NCBI GenBank assembly: GCA_040767225.1
Contig: JAXGOY010000005.1
Coordinates: 749 to 64,748 of the forward strand
Direction: 5' to 3'
Origin: Candidatus Dojkabacteria bacterium
GTDB lineage: Bacteria; Patescibacteriota; Dojkabacteria; SC72
Length of the DNA stretch: 64,000 nucleotides
Shown: positions 51,721 through 61,120 of the stretch, one piece after another
How the letters are laid out: the number at the start of each line of letters is the position of its first letter
How positions within the stretch are numbered: position 1 is the stretch's first letter
Notes under the pieces: model-generated
Database searches by the model: none
Told to the model about the DNA's origin: nothing
What the model saw: only the letters and a program-made list of their open reading frames with translations
Translations under genes and position numbers: made by a program

Positions 51721-51794
51721 TCGGGGAAACAGGACTTGAACCTGCGACCTCTGCGTCCCAAACGCAGCGTTCTAGCCATCTGAACTATTCCCCG
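51721..51794 (-). tRNA. tRNA-Pro(TGG)
   Basis: Reverse complement CGGGGAA...TTCCCCG-A; anticodon arm CTGCG-TTTGGGA-CGCAG. Confidence 0.95.
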
Positions 51795-51833
51795 ATGAAG
51801 TCAATTTTATCACAATGAGTATAATTTATCTAT

Positions 51834-54260
51834 TTAATCCAGCCTTATACCATTCATCTGCAATCCATTAAGGTAAAAGTGGGCTAACGAGTCTCTAAAT
51901 GTTGCAGTTGTAGACCATGCACCTGTGTTATCATCAACATCCCAAAAACGTATTCTCCAGTAATATGTTGCACCAGAACCAGTAAGTGGTGTCCCTGCAT
52001 ATATATAATTAGGGGATCTGCTTCCATTACTTACAGAGGTTGATGTTTTTCCTGTATCCCACATAACTGTTCCATCAAATGCAGATGATGAGTTTACCTC
52101 TATTTCATAATATATTGCACTATCACCATTTAAGTCATTGTGAATAGCAGAGAATGGTGGAGTAAAGGTTGATAAACCTGTTGGATTTGTTTGTCCATCA
52201 ACAAGTAAACCTGTAGGAGAGCTTGGTGGAGTAGTTGTTCTGAAATTTGATGTGGTAGACCAATTAGATGGCGTTCCTGCATTATCCCAGAATCGTATTC
52301 TCCAATAGTAAAGTACTCCGCTACTAAGTGCACTCCCGCCATAATTTATATTACTGCTTGTCCCCCCATTGGATATTGCTGGTGAGTGAGCAGTTTGTCC
52401 GCTATCCCACATAACTGTTCCAGCAAAGTTCGATGCTGTATTTACTTCTACTTCGTAGTATGTTCCAGTAGCTGATGTGTCTGCATCGTTAAATACAGCC
52501 GTGAAATATGGGGTCATTGGTACTTTAGGTGGGTTTGTTTGTCCATTTGTTTTTGGATTTGTTGCTGTTGGTATATTATTCATTCTAAAATTTGCTGTTG
52601 CAGACCATGCTCCAACATATCCATAATTATCTACAAATCTAATTCTCCAATAGTAGGTAGCACCATTTAATGTAAGTGTTGTTCCACTATATGATATCTC
52701 TGGACTGTAACTTCCTATTGGTGTTGATGCCATACTTTGTAATCCACTATCCCACATAATTGTCCCAGTAAAATCAGATGCTGTGTTTACCTCTATTTCA
52801 TACTGTATGCCTGTATCTCCAGTGTTAGGGTCATTAAATATAGCTCTAAATTCTGGTGTTGTATCTGTAACTTGTATTGGGTTTGTAGCAGATTCTGTTT
52901 GTAGGCTTGTTGGTGCAGTAGGAGCAGAGTTTGAATGCATGGTAAAGTTTTGTACTGCTGACCAATCACTGAATAATCCTCCAACATCCCCAAATCTTAT
53001 TCTCCAATAGTATGTTGTTCCTGACCATCCTAATGAAGAGCCATTATAATATATATCAGGACTTCTTACTCCATTGTTTGTCGCTGTCATACTTTGTATT
53101 CCAGTATCCCACATTACAGTACCACCAAATCCTGATGCTGTATTAACTTCTATTTCATAATATACTCCTTGATCATTTGTATCAGGATCATTAAATATTG
53201 CACTAAAGTATGGTGTTTGTGTTGTAACATCTGTTGGATTAGTAGTTCCCATACAGTATGGTGTAGTAGGAGTAGTAGGGGCTTGATTAGCAATTACCCA
53301 TTGTGCAGTAATTGAAAAAGCACCCACAACACTATTACATACACCAGTTGTTGAATTAAATGTTCCTCCACAGTTTGCAGATGGACTTATTGTAAATCCT
53401 GTAAAATTATAGCCGTCTCTTTGACATGTAACTGTTCCCGATGCTGAGCCATGAGAAATAGATTGTGACGCCGGAGTGCATGTTCCTCCATTTCCTAATG
53501 CTGATATTGTGTAATAATTAACAGCCCAGTTTGCTTTAATAGATATATCACTTGTAACACTACTGCATACACCTGTTGTTGAGTTAAATGTACCACCACA
53601 AGTATAGCCAGGTTCGAGAGAATAACTACTAAGAGTATATCCAACTCTTGTACAACCAGGAGCGGTAGATGAAGCACCATAACAAGGTGTATGTGTACCT
53701 GTACTACATGTTCCATTGTTTGGGTTTATATTTACAGTCCTAGTTGTCTTCCTACATGTCCCATTATTTGTACCACATGACTTACTTGTACAATATGAAT
53801 AATATCTAGTACAGGAAACATCATATGATCCACATCCATAATCAGTGCCATTTAACACATATCCAGCGTTACAACTGAGAGAACATTGATTACATGTTCC
53901 TGCACACCATGCACCTGTCCATCCATGGCTTGTAGGCTCAGGATTGTAATAACAAGTCCAACCTTTAACATTATCACCACTACAGTTATTGTAAAAACAT
54001 GAGTAACCATACCAATAAGGAGATGGACAGAATACATAATAGTAGCTGACATTACAATCACAAGTCTGGGATGGGGTTGTATGGCAGGAAGCAGAAGCAG
54101 TAAGATTAGTCGCACTACACCAAGCAGCATTTACATCTGATTTTGTTAATGCTAATAAGAATATTGATATCAAAAGAGACGATAAAAGCATAATAAAAAA
54201 CAAGTTTTTACTTATTCCCTTTATTACAAGTTTATTATTTAAAGAAAATTTTCTTTTCAT
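51834..54260 (-). CDS. Exported Cys-rich protein with two B-repeat-like modules and four FN3-like repeats
   Basis: Signal/TM; Cys-rich N-region; CGGTFNSTTGVC x2; four repeats of YE(I/V)EVN...MWD(S/T)G...YYWRIRF.D. Confidence 0.8.
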   Translation of the reverse strand: MKRKFSLNNKLVIKGISKNLFFIMLLSSLLISIFLLALTKSDVNAAWCSATNLTASASCHTTPSQTCDCNVSYYYVFCPSPYWYGYSCFYNNCSGDNVKGWTCYYNPEPTSHGWTGAWCAGTCNQCSLSCNAGYVLNGTDYGCGSYDVSCTRYYSYCTSKSCGTNNGTCRKTTRTVNINPNNGTCSTGTHTPCYGASSTAPGCTRVGYTLSSYSLEPGYTCGGTFNSTTGVCSSVTSDISIKANWAVNYYTISALGNGGTCTPASQSISHGSASGTVTCQRDGYNFTGFTISPSANCGGTFNSTTGVCNSVVGAFSITAQWVIANQAPTTPTTPYCMGTTNPTDVTTQTPYFSAIFNDPDTNDQGVYYEIEVNTASGFGGTVMWDTGIQSMTATNNGVRSPDIYYNGSSLGWSGTTYYWRIRFGDVGGLFSDWSAVQNFTMHSNSAPTAPTSLQTESATNPIQVTDTTPEFRAIFNDPNTGDTGIQYEIEVNTASDFTGTIMWDSGLQSMASTPIGSYSPEISYSGTTLTLNGATYYWRIRFVDNYGYVGAWSATANFRMNNIPTATNPKTNGQTNPPKVPMTPYFTAVFNDADTSATGTYYEVEVNTASNFAGTVMWDSGQTAHSPAISNGGTSSNINYGGSALSSGVLYYWRIRFWDNAGTPSNWSTTSNFRTTTPPSSPTGLLVDGQTNPTGLSTFTPPFSAIHNDLNGDSAIYYEIEVNSSSAFDGTVMWDTGKTSTSVSNGSRSPNYIYAGTPLTGSGATYYWRIRFWDVDDNTGAWSTTATFRDSLAHFYLNGLQMNGIRLD
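51895..53288 (-). repeat. Four tandem ~115-120 aa FN3-like coding repeats
   Basis: Repeated protein motifs and shared nucleotide blocks such as ATCCCACATAACTGTTCCA. Confidence 0.85.
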
Positions 54261-54370
54261 ATCTCTTATTTCTTCTTTCTCTTTAAAACAGTTACATATA
54301 CTAAAACTGAAAGCACAAGAATGAGGAAAGTAATATTAGTATTGTATTTCTATTTTTCTTACTTTGCTGA

Positions 54371-54762
54371 CTATTTTCCACTAGTTGTTTTTTCTCCTTC
54401 ATCCAATGTTATTTCACATACAGTGCTATTATCATTTGTGATTTTGTACCTTCCATCCTCTACATACGGTATGCTGATTAGAATCATCCAATTACCATCA
54501 TTATCTGTTTGAGTAGCATATTCTTGATCTGCAAATAACAAGATAACCTTTTCATTAGGAGTATTTCTTCCTGCAATCCTAATAACATCATTATATTTCA
54601 ATTTTAAGTTACATCCATCTTTAATATTGATTTCCTTATTATTTATAAGTATGAATCAACTGTAAATTCTTTTCCTTGTGCATAAACATTGGATAATATA
54701 AAAAATGAAAATAGGCATAAAATTATGGATGAAAATATATATAAATATGTGTTTTTTCTCAT
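54371..54762 (-). pseudogene. Small exported Ig-like protein, frameshifted
   Basis: MRKNTYLYIF...VYAQ signal in one frame; IAGRNTPN...TDNDGNW in another. Confidence 0.5.
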
Positions 54763-54876
54763 ATTTCGATTTTGCTATGTTTAAGTATAAAGTCAATAAT
54801 AAATAAGATTACTATTAATGACTTTGTAGCAATATGTGTAGTATTTATGTAATTAATAATTTACTAAAAATTAATA

Positions 54877-57800
54877 ATGGAAAATACACAAGTTGAGAAG
54901 ATTAATAAATCTTCAAATAAGTTGAGAAGACTTTAAGTATATATGTATATTAGGTCTTCTTCTTTTTTTAATATTAATACTTGTATATGAATATTTTCGT
55001 ATAGTACCAGAGAATGTAGTATTTTCAAATGTAACTTCTAGTTCAGTTACAGTAAGCTGGAATACAAAGAGTCCTATGTCAGCCACTGCAGTATATAAAA
55101 AGGGGGATGGAGGTTTTATTAATCTGTTTGGAATAGGAAAGCAGGTATTTTATGATACAAGGGATTTAGTAAAAGCAGAACTCAAGGCAGTAGAACAAAC
55201 AAGTAAAAATATTGCTAAGAGTGATGATATATCTGTTAGTATGAGTGAAGTAAAAACAGAGGTAAAGGTAACGGATAAAGGAAAGTATTATACACATCAT
55301 GTTGAGATAAAGGGTTTAGAATCCTGAAACAGAATATTCATTCTTTGTTGGTGATGATCTTCTTTACAGGGCAATAAAGGATGTAGACGGTAATACAACA
55401 GTTAAAACAGCTAAAATTGCAGAGAGTGTAAAAACACCTGTTCCTGCATATAGCTCAGTTAAGGATGCACAGAACAAAGAAGAAATCAAATATTCTGATC
55501 TTACACCTGTTAACGATGGTGTAGTGTATGTTAATTATTTTGATGATTTAACTGGTACTGCCAGTAATCAATTTTCTGCAGTATTAAATGATGATGGTAA
55601 TTGGTATGTTGATTTATCTACTGCAGTTGATAGTGATGAGTAATTTGTTTTGAAAAGTATGATACTGATGCAAAAAATCTTAAGATAATTACAGTTAATG
55701 CTGGGCCTTTAGGTATATGGAGACAGTGGCAGAATGCATATACTATTGCTCCTGCACAGGAGACAGTATTAAATATGACAAATGGTGTAACAGATGAATC
55801 TATGGAAGGTGCAGTAGTAAAATTAAGCCAAAATGTTAATGGTGTTGTCAAAGGAATTATGGCAAAAGAGGAAGAATGTGAATGTAAATGTTCTACGAAC
55901 ACTGATGGGACACCTAATTACAGATGTCCAACAGGTTATGATTTTAACTGTAATGAAGGTTGGAGTTGTGCAACCATGAATTCTGTATGTACAAAATATG
56001 ATAGTTGTACTAGTAGTATTGTGGAACTCAATCTGGACCAACTTGTTACAAAGAAGTAACAAAAACTCTAACTGCCCCTCATGTACACCAACGTGTCCTG
56101 CTGGTTTTGATTGGCAATGTCCATCTGGTAAAGAATGCACAACAATAAAATCATCTTGTACTCCTAGGGATAATAAGGGGAATCCTTGTGGACCTAAAAT
56201 AGAAGGAAATACTTGCTATAAGGTAAAAGAGACTCCTCCACAGCAAACTTGTCAAGGAAAAATTGTTTCACCGTATGCAACTAAATCAAGTTGTATATAT
56301 TATCTTTCATTTAGTTGTAGTGCTCCTTGTTATTATGTAGATGGGTGTGATTCTGGTGGTGATCCTCATTATGTTAAGTGCTCAAGTAATTTTTGTGATA
56401 ATACAGGTATTCCTGGCTTAGATTGTAGAAAAGAACCCCCGCAGGAAGATTTAAAATGTGAGAATACAAATATAAAAGTAGGAACATATGGATATGTAAA
56501 TAATAAATGTAAATTATGTGAATGGACAGTAATTAATAATTATGGAGGTTATGGGTTAAAACTTACAGATGCAGACAATTTAAAATGTTCTCCTAATCCT
56601 GTTTGTGGAACAAATAGTAACAAACGGTTTAAATCAACAGAAATATTAACATCTGCATTATGTAGTGCAGGTATACCAGATAAAACAGAAGTCCGCTTTG
56701 ATCAAAAGTTCAGGTATTTTCACTGGAAATGTATACAAGATGGAAATAATACAAACAGTGTAGACTGTTATGCATATGCTTCTGATATTGGTAATGAACC
56801 ACCTGATGATCCTGTTATAACGCCTGGTTCATGTGGTGCAAAGGGAGGAATAAGATATGCCACTCCTACCATAATAGAAGTTTGTAATGGTAATGAGTAT
56901 GTTGGATTAAATAGTGCATGTACTACAAAGGATGGAAAAACTGGGTATTGGAATTATCAAGGCAATTGCTATGTAGCAAGTGAGGATTCTGAACTTCAAG
57001 AAGATCCTATCTCAGAAACTTCTCCAGAGGAATATTGTTGGACAAGATCTGGACAGTTCTATTTTTACGATGAAGCAACTGGAGATCTTTATAAATGTAC
57101 GAATAATATTTTAACTGGACCACTTACAAATGATGAATCAGATTTAGCAAAATCCTGCAAAGCTTTTGCAACTTCTAAAGGTACAAATAATAGTTGTGAC
57201 TCTGGTTTTATTAATTTAGCACCAGCATCTTACTGCTCCTATGGTGGTGTTTACTATTATTGTAAAGATAATAAATGGCAAAATGTTGATGATATAAACG
57301 AGGAAGAGGATATAATAGCTGGTGCAATAGCAACAATATCTGTTGGAGAGGAATGTACAGGTGTAAATATTCCAGGAGGAAATGTAGCCTGTCGATGTAC
57401 CGGTAATGTAATTGGCGATTATTCGGGAGCTTATTCAAACAGAATTATTAATGTTGGGAGATGGTGCCTAGAAACACCTCCTGCTCAATGTGCAGATACA
57501 TCACTTGATAATGAGGGAAAAGTCTGTGATGATAGTTATGCTAATATGAAAATGGTCTGTAAAGATGGCCAATGTATGGCAACAGAATATGAATCAGGCA
57601 TTCCAGAAATTAATGTAAATGACCGTCAGCCATGTGCGAATACAGTATGTAGATGCCTTGGTGGACCAGATGATGGACGTTTAATTGGTAAGGGCCAGTT
57701 TTGTAGGGAAATCTCAGGGTCCTGTGGTAATTATGAGGTGAATTTAAATAAAATTTGTAATAATTCTTGGGAACACTTGTAGTAGTTCTGGTTACTGTGA

Positions 57801-59075
57801 AGGAAATAAAAAACATTACTTATCATAATGGCTACAAAATCATAAAAATCAGGTGATAAGTGTTTCTATTCTACAGATGAGATAAAGAACGAAATATATG
57901 GAGATGATTTGGAGTCAGACTATGATTATTGTAAATGCTCGGATGGACCAGATAAAGGAAAAGTTATAGAAGTTGATGAATTCTGTAGAAATGTTGGAAG
58001 TTGTCTAGAGCTTCAGGATTCTTATGATGCTTGCATTGATGGAAATAATAATAAAGAAGACTGTATAGAAAGAGTGACGAATCAAGTCTGTAAAAACGAT
58101 GGTAGTACATGTACACATCCGACATATGAATGTCTTGGGGCAGTTAAAAGTCAACTTTATAAATGGAGTTTCTAATACTAAGAAATTTCTTTTAATAACA
58201 AATCTGTGATTGACTTTAAGAATTTTAAAATATCAGCACAGACAAAAACTGTTAATTCACAGTTTATAATAAGATCAAAAAACAGTATGTTTATTAATCT
58301 ACCACAGGGAGAATATATATTTGAATATGAAGGACAGCAGTACTATTTTGAAGTTACTGACCCATATGGGAATAAAAAAGTTTTCATAGATAAAGGATTA
58401 GATGGAAAATATGACGAAGGAACAGATATCTTAGTAAGTGATTTAGCCTCTATAGTTCAAATAGAACCAATAGAATTAAGATATACATATGTATTAAAAC
58501 AAGGATTTAACTTTGTATCATTCCCATTCTTAGTATCAAATCAAGAATATAGGACAGCAGCTGGCCTTCTTAAGAGATTAAATGATGTATATGAGGATAC
58601 AATATATTCAATTGCTAAATATGATGGATCATGGAAAGTAGTTGGACAAAATGAAGAACTATACAGCGCAAATGACTTCCAGTTGCTACCTGGACAAGGA
58701 TATGTTATTAAAGCAAAAGATGATGTAACAATTGATATATGGGGTAAACCAATTAAATATGACAATGACTCTCCTAATGCACCTGTTGCACTCTTTAAAG
58801 GCTGGAATCTTGTAGGACTATATGGTACTGGAATAAAGCAGTACACAGCTAAAACACTGCTTGAAGATATAAATAAATATGAGAAGGTAGATTTTAGTGC
58901 TGATAATGTAAGTAAATGGGATAATGAATTACAAAGATATGAAGGATTCCAAATATCTGATAAGAATGGTGTACCAACAGAGTACGGTTTTGACTATCTA
59001 ATAAACCTGCTTAACTCATACTTTGTAAGAGTACAAGATGGAGAAGGTAATTGGCAGCCTGAATTAGCACAGTAA
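54877..59075 (+). pseudogene. Large membrane-anchored Cys-rich surface protein, broken by several frameshifts (possibly sequencing errors)
   Basis: N-terminal TM, FN3-like SNVTSSSVTVSW...HHVEIKGL, long Cys-rich centre (ORFs 55775, 55998, 57909), C-terminal LKQGFNFVS/LFKGWNLVG repeats (ORF 58206). Confidence 0.7.
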
Positions 59076-59078
59076 AAA

Positions 59079-59104
59079 GAAAGGGACTGTAAAATGTCCC
59101 TTTC
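59079..59104. terminator. Putative intrinsic terminator between convergent genes
   Basis: GAAAGGGAC-8 nt-GTCCCTTTC with A-run on the left. Confidence 0.7.
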
Positions 59105-59131
59105 ATATATTCAGCTACTTACTAATGAAAC

Positions 59132-59506
59132 TTAATCAATCTCTCCCATTAGCTTTAATGCTAAATCCGATAGATATGGAATATCAAATCTTTCTCCCTT
59201 TGTAACTTTAAGAATACCAATAACAAAAAGTACAAAGAAAATCATAGAAAGAAAACCTGCTATTGGGGCACCAATAAAAGGAATAAATCCAATAAAATAG
59301 ACAATATTAAAAAGAGCAAACTGAGTAGCATGATATCTTACAAAGAGATCTTTCTTTTCTACAAACATTAATACTAAAGCTACAATTGGAATACATGATA
59401 TTATTGCCATTGTAGAGTTTTGAGGGTTATACTTTATCTCCTCTAATGTATATACTTTCTTTGCCCTCTTCTCTGTTGTTTTTGTTTCTTTTTTAACTTC
59501 TGCCAT
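59132..59506 (-). CDS. DUF4870/Tic20-like membrane protein
   Basis: FVRYHATQ, GERFDIPYL, several TMs. Confidence 0.7.
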   Translation of the reverse strand: MAEVKKETKTTEKRAKKVYTLEEIKYNPQNSTMAIISCIPIVALVLMFVEKKDLFVRYHATQFALFNIVYFIGFIPFIGAPIAGFLSMIFFVLFVIGILKVTKGERFDIPYLSDLALKLMGEID

Positions 59507-59587
59507 TTATAGAATGACTCAAATTAATATATTAGTATACAAAGATATTTAAGAATATGAAAGGGGTATACTATAAGTAGTTGAAAG

Positions 59588-59607
59588 GTATACTAAATGT
59601 AGTATAC
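59588..59607. promoter_or_regulatory. Candidate LexA operator overlapping the lexA -10 element
   Basis: Perfect inverted repeat GTATACTA-AATG-TAGTATAC; partial second copy at 59566-59581. Confidence 0.55.
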
Positions 59608-59613
59608 TTAAAT

Positions 59614-60267
59614 ATGGATGATAAACTAACACAAAGACAAGAAGAAGTATTAAAAGTAATTAGAAATTTTTTTCTAGATAATGGATATGCTCCATCACTT
59701 ACTGAGCTTCAACAAATGCTTAATATTAGTACTAAAAGAGGAGTTGTAAATCATTTAAAGGTACTAGAAAAGAAGGGGTACATTATTAGGACTAATAAAG
59801 CAAGAGGAATTCATGTTGTAAAGGATCAAACAGATGAGAATTATGATTATTTAGTTGGTATACCAATACTTGGATATGCTAATGCAGGAACTCCAATTGC
59901 ACTAGCACAAGAAGAAAATCTTGGGACTTTACAGGTTGATAGGTCTTTAATAAACAAGAAAGGAAAGGAGTTATTTGCATTAATGATAAAGGGAGATTCT
60001 ATGGATATGAAAGAAATTAATGGAAAGAATTTAAAAGATGGGCATTATGTTATTGTCCAGAAAGATTCTAACTATGAGGATGGTGATACAGTTGTTGCTA
60101 TTGTAGATGGATGTGCTACTGTTAAGAATATTAAAAAGAGTAAAGATATGGTAATTTTATACCCTCAATCAAGTAATCCTGTGCACAAACCTATATATCT
60201 TAACTCAAAGAGTAACTCAATGATAAATGGAAAAGTAATAATGGTGTTGGATAATCCTAATATATAG
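59614..60267 (+). CDS. lexA: SOS repressor LexA
   Basis: LTQRQ, GYAPS, L..LEKKGYI, AG cleavage site (ANAG), GDSM Ser, ATVK Lys. Confidence 0.93.
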   Translation: MDDKLTQRQEEVLKVIRNFFLDNGYAPSLTELQQMLNISTKRGVVNHLKVLEKKGYIIRTNKARGIHVVKDQTDENYDYLVGIPILGYANAGTPIALAQEENLGTLQVDRSLINKKGKELFALMIKGDSMDMKEINGKNLKDGHYVIVQKDSNYEDGDTVVAIVDGCATVKNIKKSKDMVILYPQSSNPVHKPIYLNSKSNSMINGKVIMVLDNPNI

Positions 60268-60960
60268 CTACCTTATTTCAATGCTCTCTACATATTTTTT
60301 CATTATTTTCTTAAACTTTTCAAGCTCTTCTTGAGTAAATGAGTTTGTATTGTTAAGTGTAGTGTTAATTGTTTTACCTGGTCTGAAATTTTGAATGTAA
60401 TATCTTTTGCTTCCTTTTATAAGTTCACCAATTCCATTTACAGAATCAATGGTGTGAATACCTTTTACATATGTTGTTCTAAATTCATAATCTCGTGCTT
60501 TTTCCTTTATTAATGCTATGCTCCTCTCAATCTCATCATATCCAATTTTATCTTTAAGGTTTTGAATATATATCTCCTTTTCATATTTAACATCCATTGC
60601 CCAATAATCAACAATATCAAGGTCTAATATTTTCTTAACAACTTTTGAGTTTGTACCATTAGTATCTAGCTTAACTAAAAATCCCATACCTTTAATTTTC
60701 TTAATAAAAGGAATCAAATCTTTTTGTAAAGTTGGTTCACCACCTGTAATAACCACACCATCTATTAAAGATTTTCTCTTTTTTAGAAAAGAAAATATCT
60801 CTTCTTCACTTACTGCCATATTCTTTCTAAATGGTTGTATTACTAGCTCTGGATTATGACAATACTCACACCTTAAATTGCAGCCATATGTAAACACAAG
60901 ACAAGCTAGCTTTCCTGGGTAGTCAAGAAGCGTAGATTTTTGGAAGGCAGAGATTAACAT
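60268..60960 (-). CDS. nrdG: Anaerobic ribonucleotide reductase activating radical SAM protein
   Basis: CNLRCEYCHN, TGGEPT, KLDTNG, EFRTT. Confidence 0.92.
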   Translation of the reverse strand: MLISAFQKSTLLDYPGKLACLVFTYGCNLRCEYCHNPELVIQPFRKNMAVSEEEIFSFLKKRKSLIDGVVITGGEPTLQKDLIPFIKKIKGMGFLVKLDTNGTNSKVVKKILDLDIVDYWAMDVKYEKEIYIQNLKDKIGYDEIERSIALIKEKARDYEFRTTYVKGIHTIDSVNGIGELIKGSKRYYIQNFRPGKTINTTLNNTNSFTQEELEKFKKIMKKYVESIEIR

Positions 60961-61101
60961 TTAAATATGAAATGTTACTCTATCGCCAAATTCAGATTGT
61001 TTACCAGGATTCCACTGAGTAACAGGTCTAATATATCCAACAACTCTTGAATACACCTCACATCTTTGTCTTGTAACAACCTTTTTCTCTTTTTTAGTCA
61101 T
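60961..61101 (-). CDS. Stand-alone NrdD glycyl-radical domain, 46 aa (missed by ORF track)
   Basis: MTKKEKKVVTRQRCEVYSRVVGYIRPVTQWNPGKQSEFGDRVTFHI*; RVVGY glycyl-radical motif. Confidence 0.9.
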   Translation of the reverse strand: MTKKEKKVVTRQRCEVYSRVVGYIRPVTQWNPGKQSEFGDRVTFHI

Positions 61102-61120
61102 ATGTATAAATAATAAAAAT

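Noticed and set aside
39807-58200. Alternative genetic code (UGA=Gly, code 25) as the cause of the broken ORFs
   Set aside because: The breaks are frame changes rather than in-frame TGA. TGA terminates intact genes (dnaE, the SEDS gene, DUF192), and the three tRNA-Gly genes have GCC, CCC and TCC anticodons.
51834-59075. Diversity-generating retroelement acting on the Cys-rich proteins
   Set aside because: No reverse transcriptase and no TR/VR pair with adenine-specific mismatches is visible; the repeats are ordinary coding repeats.
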